DNA of 64,000 bases from NCBI GenBank assembly GCA_964389675.1, contig CAYMEV010000019.1, positions 1 to 64,000 on the forward strand. The letters run 5' to 3'. Shown here in pieces: positions 38,859-48,501 of the stretch; within the stretch, counting starts at the first letter, position 1; each line of letters opens with the position of its first letter. This stretch comes from an uncultured Candidatus Sumerlaeota bacterium (GTDB lineage: Bacteria > CAYMEV01). The position numbers and the translations under genes are program-made. The notes beneath the pieces are model-generated. The model was given only the letters and a program-made list of their open reading frames with translations, did no database searches and was not told where the DNA came from.

Positions 38859-40081
38859 AAGCAGTATATTTCAACCTCCTCCCCGCTGTTCAGACCTTCC
38901 TCATGCTCATTTATCACCAGGTATCCATCCGACTTTGACAGAAGGGATATCAGGCCTGATTTGCCGTAATTCACGTCAGCATAAAGGATACCGTCCCTTT
39001 CGGACAGAGATACCATCCTGAATGTCATGCTTCCCGGTGAGGAAGGCACATTACTGCTCAGCACAGCCCTTCTTACACTTATATTACCGGATATACCGTA
39101 TAGATGTTTTATTAGATGCTCTACAAAGACCTTAAATACTATTACTGCTGAGACAGGATGGCCAGGAAGCCCGAAAACTGCCCTGTTTTCTATCTCACCT
39201 ATGATTGTCGGCTTTCCGGGCTTGATGGCGACCCCATGTACAAAAACTCCCCTTCCACTGAAAGAATTTATAACCTCGGGGGTAAAATCCTTTGCCCCTA
39301 CGGAGCTTCCCCCTGAGATAAGAATAATATCTGAAATGCTCAGAGCTTTCTGAAGCTCTTTTTTAAGAAGTTCGAAACTGTCTTTTACTATTACCCTGCT
39401 CATAACTTCACACCCGGCTTTTTTGACCAGGGATGAAAGGGTAGAGCCGTTAATATCCCTTATCATGCCAAAGGCAGGCTCAGCCTCCGGTTCAACTATC
39501 TCATCTCCTGTCGATATGATATAGAAACGCAGTTTCTTAAGGACATCTACACTCATCCTGCCTATGGCGGCCAGCACTCCTGTGTCAGTAGCATTTATGC
39601 TCCTGCCCCTTTTCAGTATTATCTCTCCCTTCTTAATATCATCACCCTCATATATGATATTTTCTCCTGACGATACAGGCCTGAAAACCTCTATAGAGCT
39701 TTCATCAAGATTGTTTGTGTGTTCTATCATTACAACGCTGTCAGCACCTTCAGGTATCATGCCTCCGGTAGGCACATAGGCAGTTTGCCCTGATGATATC
39801 CTTATCTGCGTTCTTTCCCCCATCCTGACCTCTCCGGACAGGTTAAGCAGGACCGGCACAGATTCGCTTGACCCATGCGTATCAAAACTGCTTACTGCAT
39901 AGCCGTCAACTGTGGACCTTCTGAACTCCGGCACATCAGAGGCGGATAATATATCATCAGCCAGGACCCTGTCCAGCGAATCTGAAACAGATATATGTTC
40001 TTTTTGAAGCCTCATCATTGAGAAGGCTTCCTCCATCTTGCATCTGGCCTGACTGACCGTATGTACCTTAAAGAAGTCCAC
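38855..40081 (-). CDS. moeA: Molybdopterin molybdotransferase MoeA (Glp)
   Basis: RSTVDGYAV, TGG.IPEGAD.V.MIE, STGDE, KPGKPT, GLPGHP; GTG start. Confidence 0.94.
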   Translation of the reverse strand: MDFFKVHTVSQARCKMEEAFSMMRLQKEHISVSDSLDRVLADDILSASDVPEFRRSTVDGYAVSSFDTHGSSESVPVLLNLSGEVRMGERTQIRISSGQTAYVPTGGMIPEGADSVVMIEHTNNLDESSIEVFRPVSSGENIIYEGDDIKKGEIILKRGRSINATDTGVLAAIGRMSVDVLKKLRFYIISTGDEIVEPEAEPAFGMIRDINGSTLSSLVKKAGCEVMSRVIVKDSFELLKKELQKALSISDIILISGGSSVGAKDFTPEVINSFSGRGVFVHGVAIKPGKPTIIGEIENRAVFGLPGHPVSAVIVFKVFVEHLIKHLYGISGNISVRRAVLSSNVPSSPGSMTFRMVSLSERDGILYADVNYGKSGLISLLSKSDGYLVINEHEEGLNSGEEVEIYCL

Positions 40082-40227
40082 CAGCCTATATTTCCCCCTG
40101 ATCCAAAGATATGCCTGTTCCGGTCATAGCCATCAAATATTTCCTTAAAAATCCATTTCTCTTTGCTTCTGTCTTAGTCATACTGCTTTGAATAAAAACT
40201 TAAAATTTATCCATTTATATTTTAAAA

Positions 40228-40258
40228 CCAAAAAAACCGACTTTGGAAAGTCGGTTTT
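40228..40258 (-). terminator. Riboswitch expression-platform terminator
   Basis: Minus strand AAAACCGACTTT-CC-AAAGTCGGTTTTTTTT. Confidence 0.85.
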
Positions 40259-40299
40259 ATCAAATCCAATTATTCTAAATAATTATTAAACCTGGATTA

Positions 40300-40400
40300 A
40301 AACTTTCCTTTCCAAACACGGGAGGCATAGGCATTTCTGCCTATACCCGGCGGCTTAAACTCATAGCGCAAGGCCTTAGAATTTTAAGCTCGGAAAATCA
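40300..40400 (-). ncRNA. Moco-class riboswitch, P3-less (tungsten-cofactor-associated) variant
   Basis: UUUUCCGAGC..CUAAG..UAUG..GCCGCCGGG-stem-GAAA-stem-CCUCCCGUGUUUGGAAAGG, matching the Moco RNA motif, upstream of moeA. Confidence 0.9.
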
Positions 40401-40879
40401 ATCTAAATCAATCAGATCTCCTTCTTTATAATACCCATTTTTCTCTAAATCAATATTTATTCCATGGCAATTTAAAACAGTATCAGGGTAATTGTCAATA
40501 ATTATCTTTACTCACCCTCAATTACACCCCGGGCTTTTATTATTGCTACCGTCATAAAAAAAACAGTAAAAACCGCAGAATATCATTATAAAACTGAAGG
40601 AAAAAGGGCTTATCAAAAACAATCATAAAATTAATAATATATATAAAGCATAATGTACCTGCAGAAAATTTATATTTACAGCTATGATTACATTAATGGC
40701 ATCCGGCACAAAGATATACGCAGAAAAAATATTTGCTAAAAAGCCTGTTTTGTGGTATTGTATTAGAAGGGAAAAGGAAATTGAAACAATTATACTGATC
40801 AATGCAGTTCCGGCTTTGTAATATTCCCGGGCATTGCGGTCTTAGGTTTCCTCCCGCTATATTTAAAGGAGGTGTGTTT

Positions 40880-41683
40880 ATGTGTGAACTAATGGCATTG
40901 AATTTTAACAGGCCCGTAAATCCCCGGATTTCCTTCAGTGGTTTCAGAAGAAGGGGCAAAAAGAATCCAGACGGCTGGGGAATCGCAATGTATCAGGAGA
41001 ATGCTGTCCAGATAATTAAAGAAGCGATAGAAGCAGGGGAAAGCGAGCTCTCATTATTCCTTACCGGATACCCTCTGCTTAAATGCATGACATACATCTT
41101 TCATGTAAGATGGTGGCCTTATAATGTGGCTTTTAAGAACACGCATCCCTTCCAGAGGGAGCTTTTTGGAAAAGATTACTGCTTTGCCCATAACGGAAGC
41201 CTGAACAGCTACAGGGGCATGCTTCCCCTGGGAAGGTTCATGCCCATAGGGCAGACAGACAGCGAGTATGCATTCTGCAGTCTTCTGCACTGTATTGAAG
41301 AAAGGGAAATACAATCATGGGACAGGGAGCATTTTGAATGGCTTTCAGGACTGCTTAAGGATATTAACAGTTACGGATATTTCAACTGCATATTCTCCAA
41401 TGGGGAGTTCTTGTTCTGCTATCATGACTGCAACAGCTATAGAGGGCTGAATTTCCTGCACAGGAAGCCCCCTTACGGGATCATAAGCTTTGCTGACAGG
41501 GAATGGGGGAATATAGACCTTAGCAGGAATAAGGAAATGGATGAGACAGGCTTTTTAATAGCAACAGAGAAAATGACCAGGGAAAGCTGGCATAAATTCA
41601 GGCCGGGAGAACTCATTGTCTTTACCGGGGGAAAAATGATCTACTCCTCCAGCAGGAATACTGAAATGTATAATGATATATAG
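40880..41683 (+). CDS. Class II glutamine amidotransferase (YafJ/GATase_4-like Ntn hydrolase)
   Basis: Start MCEL (AAGGAGG RBS, N-terminal Cys); DGWGIA, NTHPF.RE, FAHNG, TDSE.AF. Confidence 0.9.
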   Translation: MCELMALNFNRPVNPRISFSGFRRRGKKNPDGWGIAMYQENAVQIIKEAIEAGESELSLFLTGYPLLKCMTYIFHVRWWPYNVAFKNTHPFQRELFGKDYCFAHNGSLNSYRGMLPLGRFMPIGQTDSEYAFCSLLHCIEEREIQSWDREHFEWLSGLLKDINSYGYFNCIFSNGEFLFCYHDCNSYRGLNFLHRKPPYGIISFADREWGNIDLSRNKEMDETGFLIATEKMTRESWHKFRPGELIVFTGGKMIYSSSRNTEMYNDI

Positions 41684-41919
41684 TCAGAAATTCCTGATAT
41701 TCTCAGATATTCCTCCCGCATGATCACCGAACTCCTGACATGACTGCCTGGAAGGAACATGCGCTTCCATGGACAGGGCTCTGAAGGAAAAATTTCTTTT
41801 CTTTATATGCAATAGATTCATAAGGCTGGAACCCGGTATCTTCCTGATAAAAAACGGAAGACTATAATAAAAGCTGTATTATTCCCTGACCTGTCTTTCA
41901 TAATTTGGGGCAGGAGATC

Positions 41920-44900
41920 TTATCTCCCCCTGGATTTTAGCTCTTCAATTACCTTATTGTATTTATGAATTTGAGCTTTTTCCTGCAGTTCATTATAAAT
42001 ATCGAGGGCTTTGGACCAATATTTTTCATGTTTTGTAATGTTCCATAGTTCATAGTATATTTCTGCTTTATTTTCCTTTGTAAGACTTTTATTTTTCAGC
42101 ATGGATATTAGAGATCTGCCATTTTTTTTTATTTTATGTTTCATTAATTTGGCGTTTATTGATATGTCCGTCCATTTTTGTCCTATGGATAATTTGCAAA
42201 TTTTTTCAATTTGCAACAAAGCTCCTTCCTTATCTTCCATCATGTAGAGAATTTCAGCCTTGATTAAAAGATAATCGCACAAATCATAAATTATATCAAT
42301 TTCTTCTGCTATCTCAATAGCATCGTCAATATATTTTAGCGCAAGAGGATAATTGCAATATTCTTTCATTAAAAAAGCCATATTAGATAAAGCACTGCTG
42401 GTACCTTTTTTATTTTTAATTGCTTCATTTATTTCCAGCTGACTCTGGTAATACTGCAAAGCTTTACCCAGATCACCCAGTTCAATATATAATTTCCCTA
42501 TATTCCCTTTTGTTATTGCTGTACCTTTGCCGCTCTTCAGTTCTTCAGATATCTTTAATGATCTAAGATGATATTCAAGGGCCTTTTTTGTGTAACCCTG
42601 ACTATGATAGCAGTTTGCAATATTTCCTAATGCTATGCCAATATTCAGTTTATTTTTTTGCTTTTCTGATGATGAGAGAAATTTATTGAAATAATCCAGC
42701 GCTTTTTCATGATCGCCATTTTCCTGATACATTATACCAATACCACACAGCGCTATGCTTACTCCAGTTTCATCCCCGATCTCCCTGCATATTGAGAGAT
42801 ATTTCCTGTAAAGCTTTCCAGCCTCCCGGAATCTGCCCCGATATCTGTAGATATTCCCCATATAACAGAATGCTTTGCTTAAGCCAGCCTTATTCCCTGT
42901 CTCTTTATTGATCTTCATCTGTTTTTTGTAGCAATCCATTGCCTTTTCATAATTCCCTGTTACAAAATAAACATTTCCCATATTCGAATATATAAAGCTT
43001 AATCCATTTATATCTTCAATCTCTTTTGATATCTCCATGGCTCTATTATAATGATCAATAGCTTTTTCATAATCGCCTAAGGAATAATATACAATACCCA
43101 TGCCGTTGAAAACTGTGTGAATTCCATGCTTATCTCCTATCTTTTTGCATACTGAAAGCTGTTTCTCAAAGCATTCCATGGCTTTTGCAAAATCTCTCCG
43201 GTCTTTGTATATAACACCCATGTTGCCCAGTGTTATGCTATAATTTCTGAGGTTGCCCATTTTATTTGCGATTTCAAGCTGTTTATGAAAATATATCATT
43301 GCTTTGCTATTATCGCCCATATTATTGTAAGCGACTCCACAGTTTCCATATGAGACGCCTTCCATATATTTAGTTCCAGCATCCTGGGCTATTTTTATTT
43401 GTTTTTTAATAGCTTTTAAGGCTTTTTTGAAGTCACCTTTCTGGAGGTTTATGCTTCCCAATGTACCGTAAATATTAATAATTCCCGTCTTATACCCTGT
43501 TTGTTCTGCAAGCACAAGAGACTTATCAAGAAGATCTTCAGCTTCTGCATAATTGCTTTTCATCCGCAGCATGGAAGCAATAGATATAATGCCATCAATT
43601 GTCTGTTCTGTGTTTCCAGTGATCAGTGAATTATCATAAGCTCTTCTGTAATATTTAATAGCTTCATCCCAATTCCCCGTCAGATCGCTAATATTGCCCA
43701 TTTTCATAAGATTAGGGATCATTCTGGGAATATCATTATCTTTATCCAGGTATTTCAGCAGTCTGGTAAATGTATTTAGAGCTTTCTCATTCTGATATAG
43801 ATCCATGGACTGAATAGCGGATTTTTCAAGGTAATCAATGGTTTTCTCAATGTTTTCGGCTTTTTCATAGTGTCTTGCAAGCTCTTCATAATGTGCTTTA
43901 ATATCCTTCTGATATAGATCCTCTATGATTGTACCGGCCAGGTCATGAAGCAAACGAAGCCTTTCTTTCAGCTGAGTTTCATAGACAGCATCCCTGATCA
44001 GTGCATGCTTAAAAATATAATTTATTTCAGTAATATTTTCCCATATCTGTTCCTGGCAGCCATCCAGGATATATTTTATACATTCATTTTCATTTTTTAT
44101 AATATCTGCATTAATAAGCAGTTTTGTCAGAAGCTGAACGGCAAATTCTCTTCCAAGCACAGATGCTGTCTTTATTGATTCCTTCAATGTATCTGACAGC
44201 CTGTCAATACGTGCGATCAGCACCTGGTTGATTTTTGATGGAATAGTCATGCTTTTATCAGCCAGCTGGAAATTTTCATCCAGTAGCTTATTCTCTGTTA
44301 GGAATAATATCAGCTGTTCGATAAAAAAGGGATTGCCGCCTGTTTTATGCCAGATGAAATCCTTAAGGTTTTCGGGGATCCTGTCAGCACCAAGTCTGTC
44401 CCTAAGAAGCTCTGTCAGCATATTATTATCAAAAACAGTGATATTCAGCCTTTTTATCCGGCAGTTGCATTCCCCGGGGCTGAACAGTGTAAATAAGCTT
44501 CCATCATCGTTTATTCGGCATAGAGCTATAATTATAAAAGGGTACCTCTCTGTATTAATTACTATCATTTTGATCAGTTCAGTACTATAGCTGTCAATCC
44601 AGTGTACGTCTTCCAATATGAGAACCATAGGCTTTATAAGGCTCTGGGCTTTAATGAGATTCTTAAGGGCATACTTTGTATTCTCGTGGCGTCCTTTTGC
44701 ATCAAGCTCAGAAAACAGGGAATTTTGCCACTCATGTCCAATCAGCGCTCCAATCAGTGATTTTGTGCGTATAAGTTCGCTTTTGATCTCTTTTATCCCT
44801 GTCTGGTCTATAATGTTCTGATAAATAGTTGAAAATTTATGCTTATTTTCTTCCTTGGAGCTGGTTTCATGCTGTTCAAAATATTCTTTGAGGAAATAAA

Positions 44901-46323
44901 CAAAGGGATTAAAAGATTTTTTAAGTATTTCATCACATTGAAAGTAGAAAAATGAGCAATTCTCTACTTCTTTTGTAAAGCTGGCAATAAAACTGGATTT
45001 TCCTATACCTGCTGGGCCATCGATATACACTATTCCTCCAAATTTTCCATGGAAAACAGGGCTTATCAGCTTTTTTAATTCGGCTGTCTCCTTTTGTCTT
45101 CCTATGAAGCTTTCTGTAAATGCCGGCATATGCTGGGCAGATTTTCTGCCGGCCAGTCCAGCTATTGGTATTTTATCGCTGAACCCCTTAAAGCTCATAA
45201 GCCCTTTAGGCTTAAATTCATATATAGTTGATAGTCCGCGGACTATGCCAGCATCGGCAAGTATCTCATAAGGTTTAGCCTTCATCATAAGCCTTGCAGA
45301 AAGGTTTACCATGCTGCCAAAGGCTGTATATTCACAGCGGACAGCTGAACCGATAAAACCGGCAAAAGCAATACCTGCTGTCATCCCTGCCCTGAAAGCA
45401 AAGCCTGAAATTTCGTGCAGGCTGAGGATAAAGTCAGAAGCCCTCTCATAGAGTTTTTCCATGGCTGTCGGGGCTCCAAAGAGTACCAGTATGACACCGC
45501 CTTTGTCCCCGAAATCCACCCTGTTAAAATATCCACCATAATCATTACATTTTTTGATTATCTTTTCTATAGCATTATGGAACTCCTGATTCTCATTAAA
45601 GCCAACAAAGCAGGATACAATTTCACGGAACTCCCCGCGTTCTTTAAGGTTTAGGATCACCTTGGGTACAAAATACCTCTCAGTCCCCTTCTGTATGGAT
45701 AGATCTTTCTTTTTCCTGTATTTCGGCAGTTCAAATGCTTCTGGTATTATCTGATACCAGTTTTTACCCGCAGTTTTGCTTTTGACTTTAATGGATATTT
45801 TTTTCATGAAAGAGATATCTGCAATTATCTGCATCCTGCCTGCATGGTGCTCTGACAATGCACATTTATCTATCGCATCCCCCCTGAAATAATATGCTTT
45901 CTGGAATTTTGAATCGACAATTGCATAATGAATTCTGCCATAGGACAGGCCTGTTTTGACTTCAAGCCTGTAATCGCCGAACTTTGTGCTTAAACAGCCG
46001 TATTCTCCAAACATGCTGTTAATTTCAAAGGCTGATCTTAACGGATATTCAGCTCTATTTACTCTGAATATGCTTGTAAAGGCATCTCCAGCAAAACTGC
46101 ATACAAAGCCACCGTTCTTATATACTGATTCTATTGCAGGAGTGAAAATATCGCTAATAATTTTAGACAGGATCTCTGCTCCTTCCTTGCCATGGGTCAT
46201 CAGGGACTGAGTCATGGATGTGAAGCCTGATATATCGATAAACAAAGTATATCCTGAAAAGCTTCCAGTCAGTTTATTATTATTGTATTTATTGAGAATA
46301 AATTCCGGTATGAGGTTTTTCAT
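41920..46323 (-). CDS. Soluble-adenylyl-cyclase-like protein: tandem class III cyclase, STAND ATPase and TPR array (paralog A)
   Basis: FIDISGFT, FAGDA, DFGDKG, EYTAFGSMVNLSARLM, GPAGIGKS, LEDVHWID, GNPFF, ARIDRL, FKHALIRD; 40-aa TPR repeats. Confidence 0.9.
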   Translation of the reverse strand: MKNLIPEFILNKYNNNKLTGSFSGYTLFIDISGFTSMTQSLMTHGKEGAEILSKIISDIFTPAIESVYKNGGFVCSFAGDAFTSIFRVNRAEYPLRSAFEINSMFGEYGCLSTKFGDYRLEVKTGLSYGRIHYAIVDSKFQKAYYFRGDAIDKCALSEHHAGRMQIIADISFMKKISIKVKSKTAGKNWYQIIPEAFELPKYRKKKDLSIQKGTERYFVPKVILNLKERGEFREIVSCFVGFNENQEFHNAIEKIIKKCNDYGGYFNRVDFGDKGGVILVLFGAPTAMEKLYERASDFILSLHEISGFAFRAGMTAGIAFAGFIGSAVRCEYTAFGSMVNLSARLMMKAKPYEILADAGIVRGLSTIYEFKPKGLMSFKGFSDKIPIAGLAGRKSAQHMPAFTESFIGRQKETAELKKLISPVFHGKFGGIVYIDGPAGIGKSSFIASFTKEVENCSFFYFQCDEILKKSFNPFVYFLKEYFEQHETSSKEENKHKFSTIYQNIIDQTGIKEIKSELIRTKSLIGALIGHEWQNSLFSELDAKGRHENTKYALKNLIKAQSLIKPMVLILEDVHWIDSYSTELIKMIVINTERYPFIIIALCRINDDGSLFTLFSPGECNCRIKRLNITVFDNNMLTELLRDRLGADRIPENLKDFIWHKTGGNPFFIEQLILFLTENKLLDENFQLADKSMTIPSKINQVLIARIDRLSDTLKESIKTASVLGREFAVQLLTKLLINADIIKNENECIKYILDGCQEQIWENITEINYIFKHALIRDAVYETQLKERLRLLHDLAGTIIEDLYQKDIKAHYEELARHYEKAENIEKTIDYLEKSAIQSMDLYQNEKALNTFTRLLKYLDKDNDIPRMIPNLMKMGNISDLTGNWDEAIKYYRRAYDNSLITGNTEQTIDGIISIASMLRMKSNYAEAEDLLDKSLVLAEQTGYKTGIINIYGTLGSINLQKGDFKKALKAIKKQIKIAQDAGTKYMEGVSYGNCGVAYNNMGDNSKAMIYFHKQLEIANKMGNLRNYSITLGNMGVIYKDRRDFAKAMECFEKQLSVCKKIGDKHGIHTVFNGMGIVYYSLGDYEKAIDHYNRAMEISKEIEDINGLSFIYSNMGNVYFVTGNYEKAMDCYKKQMKINKETGNKAGLSKAFCYMGNIYRYRGRFREAGKLYRKYLSICREIGDETGVSIALCGIGIMYQENGDHEKALDYFNKFLSSSEKQKNKLNIGIALGNIANCYHSQGYTKKALEYHLRSLKISEELKSGKGTAITKGNIGKLYIELGDLGKALQYYQSQLEINEAIKNKKGTSSALSNMAFLMKEYCNYPLALKYIDDAIEIAEEIDIIYDLCDYLLIKAEILYMMEDKEGALLQIEKICKLSIGQKWTDISINAKLMKHKIKKNGRSLISMLKNKSLTKENKAEIYYELWNITKHEKYWSKALDIYNELQEKAQIHKYNKVIEELKSRGR

Positions 46324-46531
46324 AAAATTCTATAAATCTGTATTTTCATTTATTTTGATTTTGCCTTTTCAGGCTAACAAAAATTCTTTTCATAATTGTA
46401 CAATATATTTTTATATAATCAATTTTTTACTTATATATATTTCATGCTTGAGAACAGCAAATAATAGAATAACAGGAGAAATTTTCATGGGATCAGGCCT
46501 GAATCCCGTCTGCTATACCTTTCAGGCTGAA

Positions 46532-48286
46532 TTATGGATAGACATAGAACTTTATACCCTCATAATTCCACTGGGGCAGATTCATCAGTGAATTCCTTTC
46601 AGCCTCGCTTATGGTATAGAGGTGGCCTCCTCTTACATTGTTGAAGAAGCGGTAAACAGGAACTGTATCCGGGGACTGGCCTGTAAAGACATAGAACTTT
46701 ATACCCTCATAATTCCACTGGGGCAGGTCCATCAGTGAATCCCTTTCAGCCTCGCTTATGGTATAGAGGTGGCCTCCATGAATGTTATTGAAAAAACGGT
46801 AAACAGGAACAGTCCCATCTGCCTGGCTGAAATAGACTGAAAATTTAAAGCCTTCGTAACTGTATTGTGGGAGTTCATTAAGTATATAGTCCCTTTCAAC
46901 CTCGCTTATGGTATATAGATGGCCCCCGCGTTCAGTATTGAAAAAGCGGTAGGCAGCTTTAATATCAGTACTGGAGGACATCCGGGCTGTAAAGATATCA
47001 TTGTTCCCTTCGGATACAAGGTCAAATTCCCCGAAGGATGCTGCTGATTCAAAACTGCCTGTAATATATGCATCCCCTGAGCAGGATAGATCAATTCCCT
47101 GGGATGAATCATCGCCGCTGCCTCCAGCTCTAATTGACCAGAGAAAACTGCCTCCAGCATCAACCTTTGAGACGAATATATCTCTTCCTCCCTCTGATAT
47201 AAGCTGATTGATGCCAAAATCAGCTGTATCATTGAAATAACCTGTAATATAAGCCCTGCCATAAGAAACCACTGAAATATCCAGGGAGATATCATCATAG
47301 GAACCGCCTGCCCTTTCTGCCCACTGAAAAGCGCCTGTATTGTCAAGCATTGATATAAAAATATCCCTTTCCCCGCTGGATGTAAGTTCTGTACTGCCAA
47401 AATCCGCAGTATTTGAAAAAGCACCCGTAATATAGACCCTTCCAAAGTAGTCCACGATTATACCATTGCTGGTATCGTCTCCTGACCCTCCGGCCCTTTT
47501 TGCCCACCGAAAATTGCCGTCGGGACCAAGCTTGGCAATAAATATGTCATTGCCTCCTGCTGACACAAGCTGTGTACTTCCAAAATCAGCAGTACCAGCA
47601 AAGTACCCTGTAATATAAGTATAGCCATACCTGTCTACAGTTATGCCCCAGCTGTAATCGCCTGAAGCACCCCCTGCGCTTTTAGCCCAGACTGCATTAT
47701 TTGCCGGATCGATCCTGACTATAAAGATATCCCTCATGCTGCTGCTGGATGATAGTACTATTCCCCCTATATCAACAGTCCCGCTGAAATCCCCGGTAAA
47801 GTAAATATTGCCTGATATATCCCGGTAGAGGTCTGTTGCCATGGCAATGTCCGTATATTCACCAAAGGAAAATCCTCCTGTATAATTACCGTCTGTATCA
47901 AATTTTTGCACTATGGCACAAAATGACCCCCATTTGGCAGCTATGGCGTTATTACCCCTGAAATCTGCACAAATACTGTTGGATCTTTCGCTCTCTGTAG
48001 TGCCAAATCCATCTGCCCAGGCATAATTGCCGGCAGGACCGAGTTTTGCCAGGAAAACATCACCCATTTGTATGGGAGAAATATCTATATCGCCGAATTG
48101 CATGGCAGTGTAATAAGTACCGGTAATATAGCTATTGCCCAGAGAATCTGCTGCAATTCCTGAACCTGATTCGGAACCTGCACCCCCTGCCCTGACTGCC
48201 CAGAGGAATTCCGGCAATTCCTGGCAAAAGACGCTAAAAGAGAAAAGCAAAAACAGGAAAATAAAAAGAAAGACATATCTCTTCAT
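46532..48286 (-). CDS. Secreted SBBP beta-propeller repeat protein with C-terminal 3x DUF5648-type repeats
   Basis: Signal peptide; repeated WA.RAGG...D....I.VD..G..YITG.F..DIF; YRFFN...GGHLYTISEAER x3. Confidence 0.88.
   Translation of the reverse strand: MKRYVFLFIFLFLLFSFSVFCQELPEFLWAVRAGGAGSESGSGIAADSLGNSYITGTYYTAMQFGDIDISPIQMGDVFLAKLGPAGNYAWADGFGTTESERSNSICADFRGNNAIAAKWGSFCAIVQKFDTDGNYTGGFSFGEYTDIAMATDLYRDISGNIYFTGDFSGTVDIGGIVLSSSSSMRDIFIVRIDPANNAVWAKSAGGASGDYSWGITVDRYGYTYITGYFAGTADFGSTQLVSAGGNDIFIAKLGPDGNFRWAKRAGGSGDDTSNGIIVDYFGRVYITGAFSNTADFGSTELTSSGERDIFISMLDNTGAFQWAERAGGSYDDISLDISVVSYGRAYITGYFNDTADFGINQLISEGGRDIFVSKVDAGGSFLWSIRAGGSGDDSSQGIDLSCSGDAYITGSFESAASFGEFDLVSEGNNDIFTARMSSSTDIKAAYRFFNTERGGHLYTISEVERDYILNELPQYSYEGFKFSVYFSQADGTVPVYRFFNNIHGGHLYTISEAERDSLMDLPQWNYEGIKFYVFTGQSPDTVPVYRFFNNVRGGHLYTISEAERNSLMNLPQWNYEGIKFYVYP
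46537..46960. repeat. Intragenic 147-bp tandem repeat (3 units)
   Basis: GACATAGAACTTTATACCCTCATAATTCCACTGGGGCAG at 46541 and 46688; third unit more diverged. Confidence 0.85.
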
Positions 48287-48462
48287 AAATATTACCCCCC
48301 TGAAATATTAATTCATCCTTCTTTCATTATAATTCACAGGGATAATTAAAGTCAAGCAGCGGGGGGATAATTATTCTTATATCATTCCATGTCTGAGAAA
48401 TCTACATAAGGGATGTCAGCAGACATCATACGCGGTTTATTCAGGCCAGTATTGTCATTATA

Positions 48463-48492
48463 TTGACAAAACAGGCATCTTCAGGGTAAAAT
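48463..48492 (+). promoter_or_regulatory. Putative sigma70 promoter close to the start codon
   Basis: TTGACA-18 bp-TAAAAT, with ATG 10 nt downstream. Confidence 0.55.
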
Positions 48493-48501
48493 AAAAAGGA
48501 T

